Assembly (NCBI GenBank): GCA_964653155.1
Contig: CAZZDI010000005.1
Location: forward strand, 3,605 to 37,764
Reading direction: 5' to 3'
DNA length: 34,160 nt
Source: an uncultured Flavobacteriaceae bacterium
GTDB taxonomy: Bacteria; Bacteroidota; Bacteroidia; Flavobacteriales; Flavobacteriaceae
Part shown: positions 8,600 to 18,224 of the stretch, piece by piece
Position numbering within the stretch: position 1 is the first letter of the stretch
Layout: each line of letters begins with the position of its first letter
Program-made: the position numbers and the translations under genes
The notes under the pieces: model-generated
The model's database searches: none
Told to the model about the DNA's origin: nothing
Seen by the model: only the letters and a program-made list of their open reading frames with translations

Positions 8600-10576
8600 T
8601 CAGTAAGCCAATAATTCGAGTAAAGCCTTTTCAAATCTGTTTTTTGGGAGGTATTGCTGTTCTAGCGCACTAGCGAACGGAATGGGCGTATCCAAACTGG
8701 CCACTCGTTTCACAGGGGCATCCAAATACTCGAAGCAATGCTCCATAATTAAAGCCGAAACATCGCTGGCAATGCCGCCAAAAAGAGAGTCTTCTTGTAA
8801 AACGATGCATTTCCCCGTTTTTTTTACGGAATTAAAAATCGTCTCGGTATCCAATGGCTGAAGGGTTCTCAAATCAACCAGTTCTGCGGAAATTTCAGGA
8901 TGTTGCTCTAATGTTTCCAAGGCCCAATGCACGGCGGCACCATAACTAATTACGGTAATATTTTGACCTGCTTTTACAACTGATGCTTTACCAAAAGGCA
9001 GAGTATAATAATCTGTAGGTACGTTTTGCCGAATACTTCGGTACAAGCCTTTGTGCTCAAAAAACAAAACGGGATTGGGGTCATTTATGGCCGTTGCCAA
9101 AAGGCCTTTGGCGTCATACGGAAAAGCGGGATAAACCACTTTAAGTCCGGGCGTTTTGGTAAACCAAGCCTCATTGGTTTGCGAATGGAATGGCCCGGCA
9201 CCCATACCGCCGCCACAGGGCATTCTAATCACCACATCGGCTTGCTGCCCCCACCGATAATGACTTTTCGCCAAATAATTAACAATAGGATTGAACCCCG
9301 AACTTACAAAATCGGCAAATTGCATTTCAACCACACTTTTTATTCCCGCAATGGAAAGCCCCATGGCGGTTTCGATAATACCCGATTCGCAGATGGGCGT
9401 ATTCCGTACACGGTCTTTTCCAAATTCCTCTACGAAACCTTCGGTAATTTTAAACACGCCGCCATATTCGGCAATATCCTGCCCCATCAAAATTAAATCT
9501 TCATGGCGCTGCATACTTTGTTTTAATCCTTCGGAAACGGCATCAATAAACCGAATCTCCTTTGAATTGCAGTTTTCTTTAACGCGTTTGTATTCAGTAT
9601 TTTGAAAAACATCATCTAACTCTTTGGTTTCATTTGATTCGATTTCGTTTTCAGCGAATGAAACATCCAAATGCTCATTAATTTCTTTTGTGATTGATGC
9701 TTTTATAGTATCGATTTCTTCTTCGGATAAAAATTTGTTTTCTTTTAAAAAAACTTCATAATTGGATATTGGGTCTTTTTCGGCCCAGTTGTCCAAAACC
9801 GCCTGCGGAACATATTTTGTGCCACTAGCCTCTTCATGCCCACGCATTCTAAAGGTCTTGAATTCCAATAAAACAGGCCGCGGATTGTTACGGATACTTT
9901 CGGCAATATGCATCACTTTTGTGTAAACTTCTAAAATATTGTTCCCGTCAATTATGTGCGATTCCATTCCGTAGCCAACACCTCTATCGGCCAAATTTTT
10001 GCAAAAATACTGCTCGTTTGTTGGGGTTGATAAACCGTAACCATTATTTTCAATACAGAATAAAACGGGCAATTGCCATACCGAAGCAATGTTAAGCGCC
10101 TCATGGAAATCGCCTTCGCTAGTGCCGCCCTCGCCCGTAAAAACCGCCGTAACCTGATTTTTGTTTTTCAGCTTTGAAGCCAACGCGATACCGTCTGCCA
10201 CCCCCAATTGCGGGCCCAAATGCGAGATCATTCCAATAATTTTAAATTGTTGTGTCCCAAAATGGAACGAGCGGTCGCGCCCCTTGGTAAATCCTGAAGC
10301 TTTGCCTTGCCATTGCGAAAACAATCTATATAAGGGCACATTTCTAGCAGTAAAAACCCCTAAATTACGGTGCATGGGCAAAATATATTCGTTTTTGTGC
10401 AAAGCCATGGTAACGCCCACCGATATCGCTTCCTGGCCAATGCCCGAAAACCATTTGCTGATTTTTCCCTGACGCAACAAAACCAGCATTTTCTCTTCAA
10501 TCATTCTGGGTTTCAGAAGCTTTTTTAAAAGATCGACTAAAATAGAAGGGGCGAGATTTTCGGTGGTGTATTTCAT
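8600..10576 (-). CDS. 2-oxoacid (branched-chain type) dehydrogenase E1, fused alpha/beta subunit
   Basis: GQEA, TPP-binding GEG...ENNGY and RMRGHEE in the alpha half; GQDIAEYGGVFK, TPICE, EMQFADF and GPFHSQ in the beta half. A TATATTTG -7 element lies at 10610-10603. Confidence 0.92.
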   Translation of the reverse strand: MKYTTENLAPSILVDLLKKLLKPRMIEEKMLVLLRQGKISKWFSGIGQEAISVGVTMALHKNEYILPMHRNLGVFTARNVPLYRLFSQWQGKASGFTKGRDRSFHFGTQQFKIIGMISHLGPQLGVADGIALASKLKNKNQVTAVFTGEGGTSEGDFHEALNIASVWQLPVLFCIENNGYGLSTPTNEQYFCKNLADRGVGYGMESHIIDGNNILEVYTKVMHIAESIRNNPRPVLLEFKTFRMRGHEEASGTKYVPQAVLDNWAEKDPISNYEVFLKENKFLSEEEIDTIKASITKEINEHLDVSFAENEIESNETKELDDVFQNTEYKRVKENCNSKEIRFIDAVSEGLKQSMQRHEDLILMGQDIAEYGGVFKITEGFVEEFGKDRVRNTPICESGIIETAMGLSIAGIKSVVEMQFADFVSSGFNPIVNYLAKSHYRWGQQADVVIRMPCGGGMGAGPFHSQTNEAWFTKTPGLKVVYPAFPYDAKGLLATAINDPNPVLFFEHKGLYRSIRQNVPTDYYTLPFGKASVVKAGQNITVISYGAAVHWALETLEQHPEISAELVDLRTLQPLDTETIFNSVKKTGKCIVLQEDSLFGGIASDVSALIMEHCFEYLDAPVKRVASLDTPIPFASALEQQYLPKNRFEKALLELLAY

Positions 10577-10715
10577 GTGTGTTTAAAAAACCTTCATCAA
10601 ACCAAATATACCATAAAAAGAGCATATTTAAAACTCTTCTAAAGGCAACGGTATAAGTGTAAATTCTGCAATGTTTTTGTACATTTGTTACAATCACTTA
10701 AAAAAACAAATCCGC

Positions 10716-11669
10716 ATGAATGCTATACCCAGTGTCAATTTAAAAGATTTTATTTCCAACGATCCTGTAAAAAAGCAAAATTTTGTTGATGCCATTGGCG
10801 AAGCCTACGAAAATATTGGTTTTGTAGCGCTAAAAGGTCATTTTTTAGACGACGCTTTGGTGGAGCGTTTATATACTGAAGTGAAGAATTTTTTCAACCT
10901 TCCCTTAGAAACCAAGCAGAAATACGAAATACCCGGTATTGGTGGGCAACGCGGTTATGTGTCCTTTGGAAAGGAAAGTGCCAAAGGAAAAAAAGAAGGT
11001 GATTTAAAGGAATTTTGGCATTTTGGTCAATATGTTGAAGATAACGACAAACTAAAAGCCGAATACCCCGAAAATGTAACGGTTAAGGAACTGCCAAAGT
11101 TCAATCAAGTTGGAAAAGAGGCTTACCAAATGTTGGAAAAAACGGCAAAATATGTATTACGGGCCTTAGCTCTGCATATTGGTTTGGAAGAAACTTATTT
11201 TGATGACTACATTCACAATGGCAATTCCATTTTACGCCCCATTCACTACCCGCCCATTACCCAAGAACCTAAAGAGGCTGTACGTGCCGCCGCCCATGGA
11301 GACATCAATTTGATCACTCTTTTAATGGGAGCGCAAGGCAGAGGCTTGCAGGTACAAAACCATAAAGGCGAATGGATTGATGCTATTGCCGAACCCGACG
11401 AATTGATGATAAACGTTGGCGACATGCTCTCGCGCCACACCAATAATAAATTAAAATCGACCATACACCGCGTCATCAATCCACCAAAAGAATTGTGGGG
11501 CACTTCACGTTATTCCATTCCGTTTTTTATGCACCCCATTAGCGAAATGAAACTCAACGTTTTGGAGGAATGTATTGATGACCAAAATCCCAAACAATTT
11601 ACCGATATTACGGCGGGCGAATTTTTAACAGAAAGACTAATTGAACTCGGATTGATAAAAACAAAATAG
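10716..11669 (+). CDS. Isopenicillin N synthase-like 2OG-Fe(II) dioxygenase
   Basis: DIOX_N start (IPSVNL...GFVALKGH), HGD...H facial triad and RYS 2OG-binding motif. ATG 10716 was chosen because TACATTTG at 10680-10687 lies inside the longer ORF. Confidence 0.9.
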   Translation: MNAIPSVNLKDFISNDPVKKQNFVDAIGEAYENIGFVALKGHFLDDALVERLYTEVKNFFNLPLETKQKYEIPGIGGQRGYVSFGKESAKGKKEGDLKEFWHFGQYVEDNDKLKAEYPENVTVKELPKFNQVGKEAYQMLEKTAKYVLRALALHIGLEETYFDDYIHNGNSILRPIHYPPITQEPKEAVRAAAHGDINLITLLMGAQGRGLQVQNHKGEWIDAIAEPDELMINVGDMLSRHTNNKLKSTIHRVINPPKELWGTSRYSIPFFMHPISEMKLNVLEECIDDQNPKQFTDITAGEFLTERLIELGLIKTK

Positions 11670-11704
11670 CTTATTGGAAAGCTGTTTTTTTGAATAAAAT
11701 TGAA

Positions 11705-12034
11705 ATGGACCTAAAAGACCAATTAAAAAACTTATTTCCAGACCACGTTGAGGAAAATATTGCCTCTGAAGACAGTAACCAACCCGATATTTGGATACAG
11801 GACGACCCTATGATTTGCAAGTACGAAAAACGTAAAGGCAAACCTATTACCATTATTGAAGGCTACAACGGTGCGCAGGAAGACTTTAAAATGCTGGCTA
11901 AAGACATAAAAATTCAATTGGGTGTTGGGGGCAGTTTTAAAAACGAAAAAATTATCATTCAAGGCGATTACCGTGATAAAATCATGCAAATTCTCAAAGA
12001 AAAAGGCTTTAAGGTAAAACGAGTTGGCGGGTAA
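11705..12034 (+). CDS. yciH: SUI1/YciH family translation initiation factor
   Basis: KRKGKPITIIEG, LGVGGSFK and IIIQGDYRDKI motifs. ATG at 11705. Confidence 0.85.
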   Translation: MDLKDQLKNLFPDHVEENIASEDSNQPDIWIQDDPMICKYEKRKGKPITIIEGYNGAQEDFKMLAKDIKIQLGVGGSFKNEKIIIQGDYRDKIMQILKEKGFKVKRVGG

Positions 12035-12038
12035 TTAA

Positions 12039-12980
12039 ATGGAAAAAAATCCACTTCATATCACCAATGGTAGTGTTTTAACCAATGTATTAAAAGAGCT
12101 GAAGGTTAAAGGCACAATATTAACATGGCAAGAAATGTTGTGTGAGGGCCCAACCGCTGAACACATTGATTCGGATGATTTTTTTAAAATCCGCAAAACA
12201 TTCTTCAACGGTTTTTATGATATTGAAATCGATTCAAAAGCCATCAAAAAAGAACTGAACAAGCTCAACACACCAGAAAAATATTCTGAAATTGTCCTGT
12301 GGTTTGAATACGATTTGTTTTGCCACATTAACATGGTGGCGGTGATCAGTCTCATTCAACAGAAAAAAATCAACCTGCCTCTCTACTTGGTTTGCAGTGG
12401 CCGCATTAAAGGCAGCAACGGACTAAAAGCCCTTGCGGAACTTTCCCCAAAACAGCTTTTGGAACATTATAAATCGAAAGTACTCCTAAATAAAGAAGAC
12501 ATAGAAACCGCAACAACCATTTGGGGTATTTATTGCGGATTAGATCATAATTTATTAAAACCCTTTATTGTAAAACCGTCGTCTTTCAATTATTTGAGCA
12601 GTTGCTTAAAGGCCCACTTAAAACGGTTCCCAAACTCTATTGACGGGTTAAACACCTTAGAGCGGAATATTCTAGAAATCATTGATAAACACAGTATTTC
12701 CTCAAAGCATCATTTGCTGGGTTATGCTTTGAATTACCAAGGTTTTTATGGTTACGGCGACTTGCAGTTTAAGCGTATTATTGATGAATTGGAAGTTTTT
12801 TACACCATCAACGATGAAGGAATGGAGTTGAACAGAACCGGCTACGAAGCGTTGATGGGACACCATAATTTTTCTGCCGAAATAGACAACCAAATGGTGT
12901 TTGGCGGTGTTAGAAAAATTGACTTTCTATTCAGTAAAAAGGAAAACAAACTCATAAAATCTGTTTTTAATGTCCATTAA
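12039..12980 (+). CDS. DUF1835 domain protein
   Basis: LHITNG, W.EMLCEGP and IVLWFEYDLFCHIN motifs. Confidence 0.8.
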   Translation: MEKNPLHITNGSVLTNVLKELKVKGTILTWQEMLCEGPTAEHIDSDDFFKIRKTFFNGFYDIEIDSKAIKKELNKLNTPEKYSEIVLWFEYDLFCHINMVAVISLIQQKKINLPLYLVCSGRIKGSNGLKALAELSPKQLLEHYKSKVLLNKEDIETATTIWGIYCGLDHNLLKPFIVKPSSFNYLSSCLKAHLKRFPNSIDGLNTLERNILEIIDKHSISSKHHLLGYALNYQGFYGYGDLQFKRIIDELEVFYTINDEGMELNRTGYEALMGHHNFSAEIDNQMVFGGVRKIDFLFSKKENKLIKSVFNVH

Positions 12981-13845
12981 AGCTTCCGAACTTATTTTAA
13001 ATCCAGATGGCAGTATTTACCATTTGAATTTAAAACCAGAGCACATTGCCAATACCGTTATTTTTGTGGGCGACCAAGACCGTGTGGAGCGTGTAACTTC
13101 GCATTTTGATGTTATTGAGTTTGAAACGCAAAAGCGCGAATTCAAAACCCAAACTGGCATCTTTAAAGGAAAACGCATCAGTGTCATTTCAACAGGCATC
13201 GGAGCTGATAATATCGATATTGTTTTAAATGAACTTGATGCCTTAGTGAATATCGATTTTAAAACCAGGGAAATTAAAAATAAGCTTACAAGTTTAAATA
13301 TAATTCGCATTGGTACTTCGGGGGCACTTCAAAAAGACATCCCAATAAATTCTTTTTTGGCAAGTAGCCACGGAATGGATCTTAACGGCACGCTTCAATC
13401 GTATCAAATTGAAGCGATATCCACCCCAAATATTGAAAACGCATTTATTGAACAAACCGATTGGAGTATTGATAAATCCCGCCCGGTTGTTGTTGCCGCT
13501 AGCGAAAAACTTTTCAATATTTTTAAAACCCAAAAATTGTATCATGGGCTTACGGCCACCGCTGGCGGTTTTTATGGGCCACAAGGAAGAATACTCCGGT
13601 TGCAACTTCAAGATGCAAATATGAATTCAAAAATGGATGCTTTCAACCATAAAAACATAAAAATCACTAATTTAGAAATGGAAACCTCGGCCATTTACGG
13701 TTTGTCAAAATTATTGGGGCACGAGGCCATTTCGTTAAATGCGATAATTGCCAACCGTGCTAATGGCACGTTTAGTGAAAACCCAACAAAAACAGTGGAT
13801 GATTTAATCGTTTTCACTTTAAATAAAATAGCAGAAAATATTTAA
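12970..13845 (+). CDS. Nucleoside (uridine-type) phosphorylase, PNP/UDP family
   Basis: IYHL, VGDQDRV, STGIGADN, RIGTSG, GFYGPQGR and EMETSA motifs. It overlaps the upstream gene by 11 nt. Confidence 0.9.
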   Translation: MSIKASELILNPDGSIYHLNLKPEHIANTVIFVGDQDRVERVTSHFDVIEFETQKREFKTQTGIFKGKRISVISTGIGADNIDIVLNELDALVNIDFKTREIKNKLTSLNIIRIGTSGALQKDIPINSFLASSHGMDLNGTLQSYQIEAISTPNIENAFIEQTDWSIDKSRPVVVAASEKLFNIFKTQKLYHGLTATAGGFYGPQGRILRLQLQDANMNSKMDAFNHKNIKITNLEMETSAIYGLSKLLGHEAISLNAIIANRANGTFSENPTKTVDDLIVFTLNKIAENI

Positions 13846-13911
13846 CAGAATGAAACATCCTTGACTAAAAATTTCGTCACACAGCGGAATGAATATATAG
13901 ATGTTACACGC

Positions 13912-13938
13912 TTGTGCTGAGCGCAATCGAAGCATGAC
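13912..13938. repeat. REP-like short palindromic element (TGCTGAGCGCAATCGAAGCATGAC)
   Basis: Imperfect hairpin TTGTGCT...AGCATGA around GAGCGCAATCGA. It resembles the CTGAGCGnAGTCGAAG intergenic repeat I recall from Flavobacteria, but only one copy occurs in this window. Confidence 0.45.
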
Positions 13939-13964
13939 TTTTGAAAAAAAACAAACACAAACAC

Positions 13965-14819
13965 ATGAAACAAATCAATATAGGAGGCGTGCCAGAGCAT
14001 TTTAATTTGGCTTGGTATTTAACCTTAAAAGATGGAGAGTACAAAGAAAAAGGCATCCATTTAAGGTGGCAAGATTATCCCGGTGGCACAGGTGCTATGT
14101 GCAAAGCGCTGCGTGATGGCGCTATTGATATAGCGGTTATTTTAACCGAAGGTATCATAAAAGACATCATTGCTGGTAACCCCAGCAAAATTGTACAAAC
14201 TTTTGTGCAAACCCCTTTGGTTTGGGGCGTACACGTGGCGGCAAGTTCCTCTTATAAAACCATTGCCGATTTAAAAGGCTCCAGAGCTGCCATTAGTCGA
14301 TACGGCTCAGGCTCGCATTTAATGGCATACATTAATGCTGAAATTCACGATTGGGATTTAAAAAACGACTTGAACTTTGAAGTGATTAAAGATTTAGATG
14401 GCGCCGTAAAAGGACTAACGGATGGTGTTGCCGATTATTTTCTTTGGGAAAAATTTATGACCAAACCCATTGTTGACCAAGGCGTTTTTAGGCGTATTGG
14501 CGAATGCCCCACCCCTTGGCCGTGTTTTGTGGTTGCAGCCCGCGAGGATTTTTTAGATTCCAATACCGAAGAATTAAAAACCATTTTAGACATTGTAAAC
14601 AACACTACGGCCGATTTTAAACACATCCCCAGTATCGATAAAACTATAGCCAACCGCTACAGTCAAAAACTAGAAGATGTACAAGAATGGCTCAGTATCA
14701 CCGAATGGTCGCAAGAGCCTATTGACGAAAAAACCATAAATACCGTACAGAACCATTTATTTTCCCTAAATATTATTCCAGAAAAAGTAGCGTACAACCA
14801 GTTGGTAAAAACGCTATAA
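13965..14819 (+). CDS. Type 2 periplasmic-binding-fold protein (SsuA/THI5/Ca3427-like), no signal peptide
   Basis: IGGVPEHFN, PGGTGAM, LTEG, ISRYGSGSHLM, FLWEKFMTKP and TPWPCF motifs. ATG at 13965. Confidence 0.8.
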   Translation: MKQINIGGVPEHFNLAWYLTLKDGEYKEKGIHLRWQDYPGGTGAMCKALRDGAIDIAVILTEGIIKDIIAGNPSKIVQTFVQTPLVWGVHVAASSSYKTIADLKGSRAAISRYGSGSHLMAYINAEIHDWDLKNDLNFEVIKDLDGAVKGLTDGVADYFLWEKFMTKPIVDQGVFRRIGECPTPWPCFVVAAREDFLDSNTEELKTILDIVNNTTADFKHIPSIDKTIANRYSQKLEDVQEWLSITEWSQEPIDEKTINTVQNHLFSLNIIPEKVAYNQLVKTL

Positions 14820-14913
14820 AACGCAACCAATACCTTAAGCCTTCTAAACTATTGTTAAAAATTAATTTATCAGTAGGCCAATATGTATTTTAGCAAAAAT
14901 TGAAATCAAACAA

Positions 14914-16287
14914 ATGAAAAAAATAATAATTATGGCTTGTGCCGTGGCCTTTTTTGGCTGCAAAGAACAAGCAAAACCCAATTACGCCATTATAAAAGGC
15001 CGTATTACCAATAAATTGCCCAGCGATTTAACCATAAACAGTTACGATCAAACTTTTGCCGAAGTTATTCCTGTTTCTGCAGATGGTAGTTTTGTTGATA
15101 CTTTAAGTACAGACCGATCCAACTACATCCTGTATGATGGCCAAAATCCGGTGTTTATATATTTGGAACCCGGTAATGAACTTAATATAGATTATAATGC
15201 TGCCGATTTAGAAAATTCCTTAAAAATTTCGGGAACCGGTGCCGAAGTGAGCAACTATCTCACCGATAAAAGAAAACAAGAACAGCAGCTTTTTGGTAGT
15301 GCCCAAACCACCTACACCCTAAATGAAGCTGAATATAAAGCTAAGCTTTCATCAATGAAAAAAGAGCAAGAATCCTTTTTGGATGGCTACAACAACATTC
15401 CCGAAAACTTTGCTAAAAAGGAAAAGAGAAACATCCACTATACCTATTTAAGAATGTTGAGCATTTATGAAGCTGCCCACAAACAATTCGCCCAAGATCC
15501 TTATTTTAAGGTTTCAGACCATTTTTTAAATGAATTGAATGATCTGGATTACGGCAACGAAACAGATTTTGAGTTTTCCAACCACTATAAATCTTTAGTA
15601 ACCGACTATTACAAACAAAAAGCCGATAGTATTTCTAAAACAGAAAACACCCCAAACAACATCACTTTTTTAAAAACAGTTTCAAAAGTTGAAAATGAAA
15701 CCATAAAAAATGGCTTGTTGTTCGATTTTGCAAACATGAGCTTACCTCGCGCAGCCAATCCCGATGAGATATACAAGTTATTTTCTGAACATTCTTCAAA
15801 TAAAAAGAACAATAAAATCATCAAAGAAAAATATGAAAAACTGACAGCTCTTGATGTTGGAAAGCCCTCTCCAATGTTTGAAAACTATAAAAACTATGAA
15901 GGCGGAACCACGTCGTTAAGCGACCTAAAAGGCAAATATGTTTATATTGATGTTTGGGCCACTTGGTGCGGGCCTTGCATCAGGCAAATTCCGGCACTTA
16001 AAGAGGTAGAGAAACAATACCATAATAAAAATATTGAATTTGTAAGCATTTCCATTGATAAAGCTTCAGATTATGAAAAATGGAAAACTATGGTGAAGGA
16101 GCAAGAATTGAAAGGCGTGCAACTGTTTGCCGATAACGACTGGAACTCTTCCTTTGTAAAAGATTACGGTATCCAGGGCATTCCAAGATTTATTTTGATC
16201 GACCCCGATGGGAATATCGTTAACACCAATGCACCGCGCCCCACCGATACTGGTTTAATCGATTTGTTTGACGAATTGGAAATATAG
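14914..16287 (+). CDS. TlpA/ResA-like thiol-disulfide oxidoreductase lipoprotein
   Basis: Lipobox FFGC and a C-terminal thioredoxin domain with DVWATWCGPC and GIPRFILIDPDG. Confidence 0.9.
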   Translation: MKKIIIMACAVAFFGCKEQAKPNYAIIKGRITNKLPSDLTINSYDQTFAEVIPVSADGSFVDTLSTDRSNYILYDGQNPVFIYLEPGNELNIDYNAADLENSLKISGTGAEVSNYLTDKRKQEQQLFGSAQTTYTLNEAEYKAKLSSMKKEQESFLDGYNNIPENFAKKEKRNIHYTYLRMLSIYEAAHKQFAQDPYFKVSDHFLNELNDLDYGNETDFEFSNHYKSLVTDYYKQKADSISKTENTPNNITFLKTVSKVENETIKNGLLFDFANMSLPRAANPDEIYKLFSEHSSNKKNNKIIKEKYEKLTALDVGKPSPMFENYKNYEGGTTSLSDLKGKYVYIDVWATWCGPCIRQIPALKEVEKQYHNKNIEFVSISIDKASDYEKWKTMVKEQELKGVQLFADNDWNSSFVKDYGIQGIPRFILIDPDGNIVNTNAPRPTDTGLIDLFDELEI

Positions 16288-16304
16288 AAAAAATAAACAA
16301 AACC

Positions 16305-16332
16305 AAAAAGCCGCTTACAAGCGGCTTTTTTT
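16305..16332. terminator. Bidirectional intrinsic terminator between tlpA-like gene and nnr
   Basis: AAAAAGCCGCTT-AC-AAGCGGCTTTTT inverted repeat with A and T tails. It overlaps the last codons and stop of nnr. Confidence 0.8.
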
Positions 16333-17895
16333 GTTAGTGTTGGCGGCTTCCTTTTCGTCTTCTTGTGCTTTGGGCTGCTCAGGCTGTTTGAACAAATCGA
16401 TAAACGCTTCCCCTAAATAATCATTAACATGGCTGGCTATTAAGCTTTGATAACCGTAATCTTCAACAGCGATATCAGCCGATCTACCGTGAAGATAGAT
16501 CCCAAAAATACTCGCCACCACCGGATGGTAGCCCTGCGAAATTAGCCCGGTGATAATGCCTGTTAATACATCGCCGCTTCCCGCTGTGGCCAACCCAGGA
16601 TTGCCCGTGCTGTTTACGTATAATTTTTCATCAAAAACCGTTATGGTGTGCGCGCCTTTCACAACCACGATAACGTTGTGCTTTTTTGAAAAAGCTTTAA
16701 CTTTTTTCAGTTTATCAAAATCATCCGTCCATTTGCCAATCAATCGCTCTAATTCTTTGGGATGTGGTGTGAGTACCGCGGGCGTTTCAGGCAGCAGTTT
16801 TAACAAACCCTTGTTTGCCGATAAAATATTAAGTCCGTCAGCATCAATCACCAACGGCGTTTTGTTCCGCTTTAAAAACTCCTCAAATGCTGCTGTCGTT
16901 TCTTCGTCTTGTCCCACTCCCACGCCAAAAGCAATTACGGAAGGCTCTATATCAAATTCAATATTTGTTATTTTTTCTTCATTAGAATCGGTTATTACCA
17001 TAGCTTCCGGAAATGAGGCCTGCAATGGTACATAGCCACACTTTGGGACATAAGCAGAAACAAGCCCCGCACCTGCCGAAAGCGCTCCCCTACTGGCCAA
17101 TGTTACTGCTCCTATTTTTCCGTAGCTCCCGCCAATAACCAAAGCATGCCCAAATTGGCCTTTATGAGTGAATTTTTCCCGTGGGATATAGTTGGGCAGT
17201 ATTTCGTGTTTGCCTATCAGTTCGGCTTCGGTTTCTGTGGTGAATAGAAATTCTTGATCCAAACCAATATCCAAAACACCCCACTGTACGGTATATTTGG
17301 CCGTTTCGGGCAAAAAGAACACTAATTTTGGAGATGCAAAACTTAAAGTGAACCCAGCCCAAACCACGGCATTTTCATCCTCAACGGGTTTATCTGTAAA
17401 AAGCCCCGAAGGAATATCAATAGACAAAGTAAAGGCTTTGGTATTTCTAAAATGTACAAAAAGGGCTTTCACCCAATCGTCTATTGGGCGGTTTAGGCCA
17501 ATGCCAAAAACGCCATCAACAATAATATCTTCGGGCTGTATTTCAGGGAAATCATCTTCACATTTTAATAAGGTTGGCCATGCTTTGGTAACGTTCTTAA
17601 TTCGGTCGTAATTAATCAAAAAATCTTTTGATCGTTTGTCGCTGCAATTCACCACATAGGTTTTAACATTGTAGCCATGGGTTATTAAATGGCGTGCAAT
17701 AACGAGTCCGTCGCCACCATTGTTCCCAATACCACAAAACACATGTATGGGCACCTGTGCACCCTGCATACGTAAATGCAGCCAATTGAAAATTTGGGTT
17801 CCGGCGCGCTCCATTAAATCGGTTGATGAGATGTTCTGTCTTTCGGCAGTTAGTTTGTCGCCATTATAAATTTGTTCTTTCGAAAAGATTTTCAT
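16315..17895 (-). CDS. nnr: Bifunctional NAD(P)H-hydrate epimerase/dehydratase
   Basis: YjeF_N (LMERAG, CGIGNNGGDG, IDIPSG) plus the carbohydrate-kinase half (HKGQFG, IDADG, TPHPKE, LATAGSGDVLTG). Confidence 0.93.
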   Translation of the reverse strand: MKIFSKEQIYNGDKLTAERQNISSTDLMERAGTQIFNWLHLRMQGAQVPIHVFCGIGNNGGDGLVIARHLITHGYNVKTYVVNCSDKRSKDFLINYDRIKNVTKAWPTLLKCEDDFPEIQPEDIIVDGVFGIGLNRPIDDWVKALFVHFRNTKAFTLSIDIPSGLFTDKPVEDENAVVWAGFTLSFASPKLVFFLPETAKYTVQWGVLDIGLDQEFLFTTETEAELIGKHEILPNYIPREKFTHKGQFGHALVIGGSYGKIGAVTLASRGALSAGAGLVSAYVPKCGYVPLQASFPEAMVITDSNEEKITNIEFDIEPSVIAFGVGVGQDEETTAAFEEFLKRNKTPLVIDADGLNILSANKGLLKLLPETPAVLTPHPKELERLIGKWTDDFDKLKKVKAFSKKHNVIVVVKGAHTITVFDEKLYVNSTGNPGLATAGSGDVLTGIITGLISQGYHPVVASIFGIYLHGRSADIAVEDYGYQSLIASHVNDYLGEAFIDLFKQPEQPKAQEDEKEAANTNKKSRL

Positions 17896-18020
17896 TTTAA
17901 AAATTGTTTATGGAATTTTTAATCCTTTAGGTGGTTTGTCGCTTTTTTTTTATGAAACATTGCACAATATAAGAATACCGCAAAAAGGATGTTTTAGTTT
18001 TTTTATTAGTTTAAATGTAA

Positions 18021-18028
18021 TACTTTTG
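18021..18028 (+). promoter_or_regulatory. Putative -7 promoter element for the thr leader transcript
   Basis: TACTTTTG matches TAnnTTTG, 12 nt before ATG 18041. There is no clean -33 TTTG. Confidence 0.5.
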
Positions 18029-18040
18029 AAGGGTATTTTT

Positions 18041-18157
18041 ATGACACCCATGAATTATTTAAACCAAAATATAACAAAGTCTGTTTCTATTTCCTTAGAA
18101 AATAACGTTGCTTTTTTGGGTACAACTACAAATATTACAACCCCTTGGGGTTGCTAA
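18041..18157 (+). CDS. Putative thr operon leader peptide (38 aa; 35 aa from ATG 18050)
   Basis: MTPMNYLNQNITKSVSISLENNVAFLGTTTNITTPWGC* has 5 Thr and 1 Ile within 7 consecutive codons (18122-18142), and ends 81 nt before thrA. Confidence 0.6.
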   Translation: MTPMNYLNQNITKSVSISLENNVAFLGTTTNITTPWGC

Positions 18158-18180
18158 CTATATATTCTTCGGGCTATCTT

Positions 18181-18224
18181 TGTAATTTCAGTAATTACAG
18201 TTTTTCAATTTTTTTTCAATTTTT
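18181..18224 (+). terminator. Candidate attenuator terminator before thrA
   Basis: TGTAATT-TCAGT-AATTACA stem-loop (18181-18199) followed by three T-runs (TTTTTCAA-like x3). The stem is weak and AU-rich. Confidence 0.4.

Noticed and set aside
17936-18040. 5' extension of the leader ORF from TTG 17936 (73 aa)
   Set aside because: It runs through the divergent promoter region and starts upstream of the TACTTTTG element. ATG 18041 or 18050 is more plausible.
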